Source: Caulobacteraceae bacterium (lineage in GTDB: Bacteria; Pseudomonadota; Alphaproteobacteria; Caulobacterales; Caulobacteraceae). Taken from it: a stretch of 64,000 nucleotides of DNA. The position numbers and the translations under genes are program-made. The DNA lies in assembly GCA_019746095.1 (NCBI GenBank), contig JAIESL010000002.1, positions 100,603 through 164,602 of the forward strand, in the 5' to 3' direction. A model generated the notes under the pieces. That model was not told the DNA's origin, did not search any database, and saw only the letters and a program-made list of their open reading frames with translations. Positions 51,713-59,850 of this stretch are shown piece by piece (the first letter of the stretch is position 1; the number at the start of each line of letters is the position of its first letter).

Positions 51713-52426
51713 ATGCTCAAGAGACTGAAAACGGTGCTGGCACAGGTTTCTGTTCCCGACGAACAGGACATGGAAGAGCACTACCGGACCCCGGCGGAAA
51801 AGACCGCCGACCTGATCGTCCATGTGGTCGGCCTGACCCTGGCCGCGGTGGGCGGGATCGTCCTGGCCGTGCTGGCCGCCCTCTATGCCGGCATCGGCGC
51901 CGTGGTGGCCACCGCAGCCTATGCCCTGTGCCTGATCATCATGCTGACGGTCTCGGCCATCTACAACCAGGCCCACCCGGGGGCCGCCCGGCCCCTGCTG
52001 CGGCGGATGGACGAGGCGGCCATCTTTCTGATGATCGCCGGCAGCTACACCCCCTTCACCACCCAGAGGTTCGAGGGGGCCTGGTCGATCGGCTTCACCG
52101 TCCTGGTCTGGGCGGTGGCGCTGGGAGGGGTAGCGGTCAAGCTGGTGGCGCCGCGCATCTCGGACACCTTCTGGAGCCTGGTCTATCTCGGCTTCAGCTG
52201 GCTGGCCCTCGCCGCCGCCAAGCCCCTGATCGACACCGTCCACCCGATCGCGCTCGGCCTGCTGGTGCTGGGCGGACTGATCTATACGGCCGGCGTCTTC
52301 GTCTTCATCAGCCCGACCGTGAAATTCCGTCGCGCCATCTGGCATGGCTTCGTGGTCACGGGGGCCACGGTGCACTGGGTTGCGGTGCTGGTAGGCGTGG
52401 TTCTGGCCCCTGCGGCCATGGGCTGA
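51713..52426 (+). CDS. Hemolysin III/PAQR family membrane protein
   Basis: S..Y, D..AIFLMIAGSYTPF and IWHGFV motifs; real start at 51713 within a longer spurious ORF. Confidence 0.9.
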   Translation: MLKRLKTVLAQVSVPDEQDMEEHYRTPAEKTADLIVHVVGLTLAAVGGIVLAVLAALYAGIGAVVATAAYALCLIIMLTVSAIYNQAHPGAARPLLRRMDEAAIFLMIAGSYTPFTTQRFEGAWSIGFTVLVWAVALGGVAVKLVAPRISDTFWSLVYLGFSWLALAAAKPLIDTVHPIALGLLVLGGLIYTAGVFVFISPTVKFRRAIWHGFVVTGATVHWVAVLVGVVLAPAAMG

Positions 52427-52427
52427 T

Positions 52428-52470
52428 TTGCATGCGGCTTCGCACTGCGGGATAGTGCGGCGTTGCAACA
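52428..52470. promoter_or_regulatory. TGC/GCA-rich region, candidate PhaR autoregulatory site
   Basis: Clustered TGC...GCA motifs immediately upstream of phaR; resembles described PhaR sites only loosely. Confidence 0.35.
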
Positions 52471-52485
52471 GTTCAGGGGTCGGGC

Positions 52486-53085
52486 GTGGCGGACAAGAAG
52501 GCCGGAGCAGGCGAGACCGTCGTCATCAAGAAATACGCCAACCGGCGGCTCTATAACACCGCCACCAGCGCCTATGTGACGCTGGAGGACCTGGCGAAAA
52601 TGGTCCGCGACGGCACCGAATTCGTGGTGTTCGACGCCAAGACCAATGACGACCTGACCCGCCAGATCCTGACCCAGATCATCTTCGAGGAAGAGAGCCG
52701 CGGCGAGGCCCTGCTGCCGGTCCAGTTCCTGCGCCAGCTGATCGGCTTCTACGGCGGCCAGATGCAGGGCGTCCTGCCCTCCTATCTGGAGATGTCGCTC
52801 GACAGCTTCAGCCGCCAGCAGGAGCAGATGCGCGGCCAGTTCTCCAAGGCCTTCGGGGCAGCCCCCGGTGCCGGCATTCTCGATGAGGCCGTCAAGCGCA
52901 ACATGGCCCTGTTCACCGATGCCATGAAGATGTGGCCGGGCTTCAACGCCCTGACCCCCGGTGCCCCGGCCTCCGAGGCAGCGCCCGAAGCCCGGACCGC
53001 GCCGGCCGCCGACCCCCTGGCCGAGATGCGCCGACAGATGGACGAGATGCGCAGCCAGCTCGACAAGCTGTCGAAGGGCGGCTGA
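52486..53085 (+). CDS. phaR: Polyhydroxyalkanoate synthesis repressor
   Basis: IKKYANRRLYNTATSAYVTL, DLTRQILTQII and YLE.S motifs. Confidence 0.95.
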   Translation: MADKKAGAGETVVIKKYANRRLYNTATSAYVTLEDLAKMVRDGTEFVVFDAKTNDDLTRQILTQIIFEEESRGEALLPVQFLRQLIGFYGGQMQGVLPSYLEMSLDSFSRQQEQMRGQFSKAFGAAPGAGILDEAVKRNMALFTDAMKMWPGFNALTPGAPASEAAPEARTAPAADPLAEMRRQMDEMRSQLDKLSKGG

Positions 53086-53086
53086 C

Positions 53087-53437
53087 ATGGCGGACGAGGT
53101 TCGCCCCGTCGGTCCCGTCCAACGCCGCGCGGACCGCCGCGCCGATGACCGGCGCGCCGCCGAACGCCGGGCCGGCTCGACCTCGCGGGCCCTGGTGCCG
53201 GTCGACTTCCCGGCCGAGGCTGCCGAGCCCCCGGCAAGACCTGCCCCCACACCCCCTGCCGATCCGGGTGCCGCCGTCTTCGCCGCCCAGATGATGGGAC
53301 AGACCGGCCAGCGCCGCGGCCTCAAGGGCGGCCCGCCGGTGCTGGATGCGGCCCGCTCGGCCTACCTCGGAACCGAGCATTCCGGGGCCGCCGAACGCCG
53401 ACCGCAGCCGGGCAGGGCCAAGGACACCGACGTCTGA
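53087..53437 (+). CDS. Hypothetical protein
   Basis: MADEVRPVGP start 1 bp after the phaR stop; RRGLKGG and ARSAYL.TE.SG segments. Confidence 0.7.
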   Translation: MADEVRPVGPVQRRADRRADDRRAAERRAGSTSRALVPVDFPAEAAEPPARPAPTPPADPGAAVFAAQMMGQTGQRRGLKGGPPVLDAARSAYLGTEHSGAAERRPQPGRAKDTDV

Positions 53438-53442
53438 GGCAG

Positions 53443-53458
53443 CGGCACGGTCCTTGCT
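53443..53458 (+). promoter_or_regulatory. Sigma54 -24/-12 promoter candidate
   Basis: CGGCAC-GGTCC-TTGCT, one mismatch to TGGCAC-N5-TTGCW. Confidence 0.55.
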
Positions 53459-53496
53459 GAACGACAGGTTACCAAGCCTCGTTCGGGACCGCCGCC

Positions 53497-53565
53497 ATGC
53501 TCTCCATCCTCGCCCGCACCATCGACATCACGGTCGTGGCCCTGATCTTCGTGGGCTTTTCGTAG
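53497..53565 (+). CDS. Putative 22-aa hydrophobic small protein MLSILARTIDITVVALIFVGFS
   Basis: All sense codons but one end in G/C; fills an intergenic gap; sigma54-like promoter upstream. Confidence 0.5.
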   Translation: MLSILARTIDITVVALIFVGFS

Positions 53566-53572
53566 GCCCGGG

Positions 53573-54001
53573 TCAGCTGGGGCTGGCGAAATCCAGGTCC
53601 TTGCGGGCCGAGATGATCGTCACGATGAACCCGGCCAGCACATCCAGCATGACCATGGTCAGGATCAGGAAGAAGGTCGAGGTCGCGAACCCCTTGAACA
53701 GCAGGAAGGCGACCAGGCAGAAGATGAAGAGAATCATCGACAGGGCGTGATTGACGATCGCCACCTTCTGGCTCGAGGTCGATTTCAGCAGTTCGAAGAA
53801 CAGCAGGATCAGGGACAGGAACAGGATCAGGTCACCGGTCCCGACGTTCCAGGCCGTGCCCGACACCATGGGAATCGAGAACAGCGGATCACCCCGCGCC
53901 TGCTCGGCCGCTGCGACTCCGCCGGAGCCCAGGACCCCGAACCCGATGAAGATGGCGTAGATCACCACGGGAACGAACAGCAGCGGGATGGCGATCAGCA
54001 T
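53573..54001 (-). CDS. Membrane hypothetical protein
   Basis: Four hydrophobic segments; ELLKST and DVLAGF.VTI..AR.D motifs. Confidence 0.8.
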   Translation of the reverse strand: MLIAIPLLFVPVVIYAIFIGFGVLGSGGVAAAEQARGDPLFSIPMVSGTAWNVGTGDLILFLSLILLFFELLKSTSSQKVAIVNHALSMILFIFCLVAFLLFKGFATSTFFLILTMVMLDVLAGFIVTIISARKDLDFASPS

Positions 54002-54105
54002 GGCGGGCTCCATCGACGGGCGGCACGCCTGACGGCCGCGCTTGTTAACGATGCTTACCCCGGATCGCGCCGTCCCGCTACGTCCGCTCGCGCGTCAGGG
54101 GAATG

Positions 54106-54834
54106 TCAGAATTCGCTGATCGCGCCAGGCCGGCGGGACCGCGACTTCAGCCACATCACGCCGAGCAGATCGGACAGGGACGCCATCAGCCGACCCCAGT
54201 TGGTGTATTTCGACTGACCCGTCTCGCGATGGCGGTGGTCCACATCGAGATAGAGGTTCCGGTAGCCCTCGCGGATCATCAGGGCCGGCAGATAGCGGTG
54301 GATGTGATCGAAATAGGGGAGACGCAGGAAGATGTCCCGCCGGAAGGCCTTCAGCCCACAGCCCGTATCGTCGGCGTCGTCACCCAGCAGTTTGCGGCGG
54401 ATGAGGTTGGCCCAGAGCGAGGCCTGGCGCTTGGCCCCGGAATCCTGGCGTTTGGCCCGCACGCCGCCGACCAGGCCCACCGAGGACGGCGAGGCCGCCA
54501 GCAGGTCGGCCAGTTTCGGGGCGTCGGCGGGCGGGTTCTGGCCGTCGCCGTCGAGGGTGACCACGATCGCCCCGCGCGCCGCCAGCACACCCGTGCGCAC
54601 GGCACGGCTCTGGCCGGCGTTCGAGCCATGGCTGAGCACGCGCAGGGCCGGCAGGTCGGCCATCAGGCCGCGCAGCTCGTTCAGTGTGCCGTCGCGCGAG
54701 GCATCGTCGACGAAGACCATCTCATAGGACCGGCCGGCGAACGCCACAGCGATCTCACGCGCCAGGGGGCCGGCTGCGCCCTCCTCGTTGTGCACGGGGA
54801 CGACGACGGAGATATCGGGGATCGTTTCATTCAT
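54106..54834 (-). CDS. GT2 polyprenol-phosphate glycosyltransferase (ArnC/DPM1-like)
   Basis: VVVPVHNE, VDDASRD, LDGDGQN and DTGCGLKAF motifs. Confidence 0.92.
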   Translation of the reverse strand: MNETIPDISVVVPVHNEEGAAGPLAREIAVAFAGRSYEMVFVDDASRDGTLNELRGLMADLPALRVLSHGSNAGQSRAVRTGVLAARGAIVVTLDGDGQNPPADAPKLADLLAASPSSVGLVGGVRAKRQDSGAKRQASLWANLIRRKLLGDDADDTGCGLKAFRRDIFLRLPYFDHIHRYLPALMIREGYRNLYLDVDHRHRETGQSKYTNWGRLMASLSDLLGVMWLKSRSRRPGAISEF

Positions 54835-54920
54835 TTCGGCTGTCTAGCGGGTTTCCGGGGCGGACGGGAGATGGTGCCGTATGCAAACAATGTCGTCGCC
54901 GCAAAGCCCGTGTTAGGTAG

Positions 54921-56600
54921 ATGAACATGATGCGCCCCGACCTCGACCGATACATCGCCGGCTGGCGCGGACCCTTGCTCGCGGCGCTGGTCGCCCTGCT
55001 GGCTGGTCTGCCCTCCTTGATGCTGCTGCCGCCGCTGGACCGGGACGAGAGCCGCTACGCCCAGGCGACCTCGCAGATGCTGGAGACGGGCGACTATGTC
55101 GATATCCGCTTCCAGGACGATCCGCGCTGGAAGAAGCCGATCGGCATCTACTGGATGCAGGCCGCCGCGGTCGCCGTGACGTCCAGCGTCGAGAACCGCG
55201 ACATCGCCCCCTACCGTATCCCCTCCATCCTCGGGGCCATGCTGGCGGCGGCCGCCTGCGCCTGGGCGGGTGCCGCCATGTTCGGCCAGAGGGCCGGCTT
55301 CCTGGCGGGAGCCATGCTGGGAGCCAGTTTCCTGCTGTCTACCGAGGCGGGGATCGCCAAGACCGACGCCATGCTGTGCGGGGCCGTCACGCTCGCCATG
55401 GCGGGGTTGGCGCGACTCTATCTGGCATCCCGGGCAGGTGAGGCCCTGAGTCGGCCGCACAAGCTGATGTTCTGGCTGGGGCTGGGACTGTCGATCCTGA
55501 TCAAGGGACCGATCGGCCTGATCGTGGTGGCACCCGCCATGATCGCGCTTTCCGCCTGGGACCGTGACTTCAGCTGGCTGAAGCGGCTGGGCTGGGGCTG
55601 GGGCCTGCCGCTGGTGGCCCTGATCGTGGGGCCCTGGGCCATCGCCATCACCATCGCCACCGACGGCGGCTTCTGGACCGAAGCCATCGGCGGCGATCTG
55701 GCACCCAAGATTGCGGGCGGCGACGAAGGCCACGGCGTCTTCCCGGGCTTCTATCTGCTGATTGCACCCCTGCTGTTCTTCCCGGCCACCCTGTTGCTGC
55801 CGGCGGCGCTGTCCGCGGGCTGGAGCCGGCGCGCCGAACCGGCCATCCGCTTCCTGATCTGCTGGCTGGTGCCGGCCTGGCTGATCTTCGAGCTGACTCC
55901 GACCAAACTGCCCCACTACAATCTGCCGACCTTCGGCGCCCTGGCTCTGCTGGCTGCAGCCGCACTGACACGACCCGTCGGCAAGGTGTCGCGCCAGGTC
56001 GGGGCCGGACTAACGATCGCGGCCGGGGCCCTGCTGGCTGTCGGTTCGGTCTGGCTGCTGACGGAATACGGGCGGTCAACTGCCCAGACCTGGGCCACGA
56101 TCACCATCGTCTTTGCCATTCTCGCCAGCCTGATCGGGGCCTTCCTGCTGCTGCACCGCGCGGCGATCACGGCGGTGATCGCCTCGATCGCCCTGGGCGT
56201 CGTCGCCCATGGTGCGCTTGCGGGGACGCTGCGGCAGCTTCGCCCCCTGTCCGTCGCCCCCCAGCTGGAGAAGGTGCTGCTGGCCGCAAACCTGCATCCG
56301 CGTCAGGGCCGGGCCGGGCCAATCGCCGTAACCGGCTTCCACGAGCCCAGCCTCGTCTTCCTGACCGGCCGGGACACCGAACTGACCGACGCCGCTGGCG
56401 CCGCCCGCGCCCTGGCCGAGGGACGACCGGTCATCGTCGAGGACCGCGATGCCGATGCCTTCCGGGCCGCCGCTGCGGAACTGGGCGTCACCGGCCGGGT
56501 CGTGGGCGAGGTCGACGGCCACAACTATTCCAAGGGCGATGACGTCAGCCTGACTGTCTATGCCCCGCCCGGCGGACCGGTGGCGGGGCCGCAACGGTGA
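54921..56600 (+). CDS. ArnT/PMT-like (GT39/GT83) membrane glycosyltransferase
   Basis: DRDESRY, KKPIG.YW, KTDA, IKGPIG and TKLPHY motifs. Confidence 0.9.
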   Translation: MNMMRPDLDRYIAGWRGPLLAALVALLAGLPSLMLLPPLDRDESRYAQATSQMLETGDYVDIRFQDDPRWKKPIGIYWMQAAAVAVTSSVENRDIAPYRIPSILGAMLAAAACAWAGAAMFGQRAGFLAGAMLGASFLLSTEAGIAKTDAMLCGAVTLAMAGLARLYLASRAGEALSRPHKLMFWLGLGLSILIKGPIGLIVVAPAMIALSAWDRDFSWLKRLGWGWGLPLVALIVGPWAIAITIATDGGFWTEAIGGDLAPKIAGGDEGHGVFPGFYLLIAPLLFFPATLLLPAALSAGWSRRAEPAIRFLICWLVPAWLIFELTPTKLPHYNLPTFGALALLAAAALTRPVGKVSRQVGAGLTIAAGALLAVGSVWLLTEYGRSTAQTWATITIVFAILASLIGAFLLLHRAAITAVIASIALGVVAHGALAGTLRQLRPLSVAPQLEKVLLAANLHPRQGRAGPIAVTGFHEPSLVFLTGRDTELTDAAGAARALAEGRPVIVEDRDADAFRAAAAELGVTGRVVGEVDGHNYSKGDDVSLTVYAPPGGPVAGPQR

Positions 56601-57520
56601 GCCGACCGATCACCATCGTCGAGGTCGGTCCCCGCGACGGCCTGCAGAACGAAAAGGCCGTCCTCGAACCCGCCGTGCGCGCCGATCTGGTGCGCCGGCT
56701 CGAGGCCGCCGGGGCGCGCCGGATCGAGGCCGTCAGCTTCGTCCATCCCAAATATGTGCCGCAGATGGCCGGGGCCGAAGAGGTCATGGCCGCCCTGCCC
56801 CACGCGGCGGGCCACAGCCGCATCGGCCTGGTCCTGAACGGCAAGGGCTATGACCGCGCCCTGGGCACGGCTGTGGATGAGGTCAATGTGGCCATGTCCG
56901 CCACCGACGGCTTCGGGTTGAAGAACCAGGGGCTGTCAGTCGATCAGCAGGTGCAGATGCTGGCCGACATCATCGCGGGCCGCGCCAATGCGGCTGGTCA
57001 GCCGGGCGCGACGCCCGCCCTGTCCGCCACCCTGTCCTGCGTCTGGGGCTGCCCTTTCGACGGCGAGGTCTCGGCCGGTCAGGTGGCCGATCTGGTCGGG
57101 CGGATCGACGAACTGGGCGTCGCGGAAATCGCCCTGGCCGACACCATCGGGGCCGGCGATCCCTGGGCCGTGACGAAGAAGGTGGAGGCGGCCCGCGCCG
57201 CCGCGCCCGACGCCGTACTGAGGCTGCATTTCCACGACACCCGCAACACCGGACTGGCCAATGCCTATGCCGGGATCGAGGCGGGGGTGAGCGTGCTGGA
57301 CGCCTCTGTCGGAGGCATCGGCGGCTGTCCGTTCGCCCCGGGAGCCACCGGCAATATCGCCACCGAGGACCTGGTCTATATGCTTGAGCGTGCCGGCTAT
57401 TCGACCGGCCATGACCTCGACGCCCTGATCGGAACGGCCCGCTGGATCGGCGAGAAGATCGGCCGCCCCGCGCCGAGCGCCCTGAGCCGGGCCGGCGGGT
57501 GGCCGCCGCCCCGCAACTGA
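56597..57520 (+). CDS. Hydroxymethylglutaryl-CoA lyase
   Basis: EVGPRDGLQNE, HFHDTR, GGCPFAPGATGN and TEDLVY motifs. Confidence 0.93.
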   Translation: MSRPITIVEVGPRDGLQNEKAVLEPAVRADLVRRLEAAGARRIEAVSFVHPKYVPQMAGAEEVMAALPHAAGHSRIGLVLNGKGYDRALGTAVDEVNVAMSATDGFGLKNQGLSVDQQVQMLADIIAGRANAAGQPGATPALSATLSCVWGCPFDGEVSAGQVADLVGRIDELGVAEIALADTIGAGDPWAVTKKVEAARAAAPDAVLRLHFHDTRNTGLANAYAGIEAGVSVLDASVGGIGGCPFAPGATGNIATEDLVYMLERAGYSTGHDLDALIGTARWIGEKIGRPAPSALSRAGGWPPPRN

Positions 57521-57587
57521 TTTGCTCAAAGGCAGGTCGGCGGGCCTCGCGATGTGGCAGGGTCCGGTTTCGCCTATGGAAATCCAG

Positions 57588-58904
57588 ATGCCCCAAGCCC
57601 TCTACGCCCAGCGCCTGATGTCCGCGGCCGAGGCCGCCGCCCTGATCCCGTCGGGGGCCCGGGTGGCCATGGGGCTGGGCTTCTCCCAGCCGCCGGCCCT
57701 ACTCGCCGCCCTGGCAGAGCGGGCGAGCGCGGAACAGGTCGATGACGTCCGCCTTTACTATCTGCTCTCGACCGGCATCGCCGGCGGGACCGTGTTCCAG
57801 GACGAACTCATGGGCCGGATCCGCCCGATGAGCCTGTTTCACAGCGCCATCGAGCGGGGGCTAGAGGCGCGGGCGCGGGCAGCGGGACGGCCCAATCCGG
57901 TGACCTTCATCCCCACCGGATTCCAGCAGGTTCCGCGGCTGATGCGCGAGGCGGGGGTCGACACCCTGATCTGCACCGTCTCGCCGATGGACGAGGACGG
58001 CTTCTTCAGCTTCGGGATCAACACCGACTACAACAGGCCCGTAAGCGAACACGCCGGGCGGATCATCCTTGAGGTCAATCCGGCCATGCCGCGGGTTTTC
58101 GGCGACTGCACGGTCCATGTCTCGCGGGTCACGGCCGTGGTCGAGAACGCCGTGCCCCTGCTTGAACTGCCCCTGGTCGAATCGTCAGCCAATGACCTCG
58201 CCATCGGCGGCCTGATCGCGGAGATGATCGAGGACGGCTCGACCCTGCAGATGGGAATCGGTGCCCTGCCGAACGCCGTCTGTGCCGCCTTGCACGACCG
58301 CCGGGACCTCGGCCTGCACACCGAGATGCTGACCCCCGGCCTGGTCGAGTTGATTCAGCAGGGCGTGATCACCAATGCCCGCAAGACCCTGCATCCCGGA
58401 AAGGGAGTCTTCTCCTTCTGCATGGGGAGGCGGGCCACCTATGACTTCCTGGACGGCAACCGCGACATGGAGGCGTACCCCGTCGACTATGTGAACGATC
58501 CGGCCGTCATCGCCCGCAACGACGGGATGATCTCGGTCAATGCCACCCTGCAGGTCGACCTGACCGGGGCCTGCTGTTCGGAACATCTGAACGGTCGCCA
58601 GTTCACCGCCTCGGGCGGGCAGCTGGACTTCGTCCGCGGGGCCTATGCCTCGGCCGGGGGGCGGTCGATCATCGCCTGCCATTCGACGGCGGCGAAGGGG
58701 ACCGTCTCGCGCATCGTGGCCCGGCTGGACGGACCGGTTACGGTCCCGCGCAACGACGTCCACATCGTGGTCACCGAACACGGCCGCGCCGAGCTTAAGG
58801 GCCGCAGCGACGCCGAACGCGCCCGCGCCCTGATCGCCATCGCGCACCCGAAATTCCGGGATGAACTGGAACGATCGGCGCGGGAGACGGGGTTGCTGGA
58901 CTGA
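57588..58904 (+). CDS. Acetyl-CoA hydrolase/4-hydroxybutyrate CoA-transferase family
   Basis: TLQMGIGALP, HTEM, SGGQLDFVRGA and VVTEHG.A.L motifs; start uncertain (57576 or 57588). Confidence 0.9.
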   Translation: MPQALYAQRLMSAAEAAALIPSGARVAMGLGFSQPPALLAALAERASAEQVDDVRLYYLLSTGIAGGTVFQDELMGRIRPMSLFHSAIERGLEARARAAGRPNPVTFIPTGFQQVPRLMREAGVDTLICTVSPMDEDGFFSFGINTDYNRPVSEHAGRIILEVNPAMPRVFGDCTVHVSRVTAVVENAVPLLELPLVESSANDLAIGGLIAEMIEDGSTLQMGIGALPNAVCAALHDRRDLGLHTEMLTPGLVELIQQGVITNARKTLHPGKGVFSFCMGRRATYDFLDGNRDMEAYPVDYVNDPAVIARNDGMISVNATLQVDLTGACCSEHLNGRQFTASGGQLDFVRGAYASAGGRSIIACHSTAAKGTVSRIVARLDGPVTVPRNDVHIVVTEHGRAELKGRSDAERARALIAIAHPKFRDELERSARETGLLD

Positions 58905-59103
58905 GGCAGCGGCAAACCCCTTTCATGGCGGGGCTTCAACCAAGCGTCGAAAGCAACAGGGATGCCAGAATGCCTGCAGATGCAGGATCCAATCCGCCCT
59001 TGATGCCTCTGCTTCTGCCGGGATGGGGTGCGGTGGTAACTTTCCACTTGATCGCTGAGGCTGGCTGCGGCGGCGCACCGCGCTTGCGCTCACAGGGTTA
59101 TCC

Positions 59104-59844
59104 TTGTCATCTGACGCTGTGCTGATCCTTGTCTATTTCGCGACCTTCGCCCTGTTCTCGGTGATCTTCACCCGGGAGGTCATCGCGCCCGCCTCGAGAG
59201 CCAACTGCGACAAGCGGTGGCGCATCTACGCCGGGGCCCTGAACGCATTGAACCTGGTCGTGGTTGTGGTTGCGGGCTTCCTGTTCGAACGCTGGATAGG
59301 AGGACACTCGATCTTCAAGCTGTCCGGGCGGTTTGACATCGTAACCAACAGCGCGATCACCTTTCTCGTCGCCAGCCTGGTGACCTATTGGAGCCACAGG
59401 CTGGTTCACACGAGCAATCGGCTGTGGCGTTGGGTTCACCAGCTTCATCACAGCCCGACACGGATCGAGGCCCTGACGGCCTTCTACATCCACCCGTTCG
59501 ACGGCCTGCTAGCCACCCTTCTGAACGCCCTGGTGGCCTATGTGCTGCTCGGCGTCGGACCAGCATCGGCGGCGTTGGCGCTGCTCTATGTGACGATATT
59601 CAACCTGATCGCCCATGCGGATCTGAGGACGCCATGGTGGCTGGGCTTCTTCCTGCAGCGACCGGAAATGCACCGTGTCCACCATGAGCGCGGCGTCCAC
59701 GCGAACAACTACGGCCTTCCCCTGTGGGACCTTCTGTTCGGCACCTGGCGCAATCCAGTTGTCGGCCCGGTCGAATGCGGCTTCGCGGACGACAAGGAGC
59801 GACTGATCGGCCAGATGTTGATGCTGAAAGACGTCGACGCCTGA
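59104..59844 (+). CDS. Sterol desaturase/fatty-acid hydroxylase family (start uncertain)
   Basis: His boxes HRLVH, HQLHH and HRVHH; NYG...WD.LFGT. Confidence 0.88.
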   Translation: MSSDAVLILVYFATFALFSVIFTREVIAPASRANCDKRWRIYAGALNALNLVVVVVAGFLFERWIGGHSIFKLSGRFDIVTNSAITFLVASLVTYWSHRLVHTSNRLWRWVHQLHHSPTRIEALTAFYIHPFDGLLATLLNALVAYVLLGVGPASAALALLYVTIFNLIAHADLRTPWWLGFFLQRPEMHRVHHERGVHANNYGLPLWDLLFGTWRNPVVGPVECGFADDKERLIGQMLMLKDVDA

Positions 59845-59850
59845 CGCCGC

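Noticed and set aside
54044-54058. GTTAAC...TTAC as a CtrA site
   Set aside because: Spacing is N6 and the second half-site is imperfect; at most a half-site.
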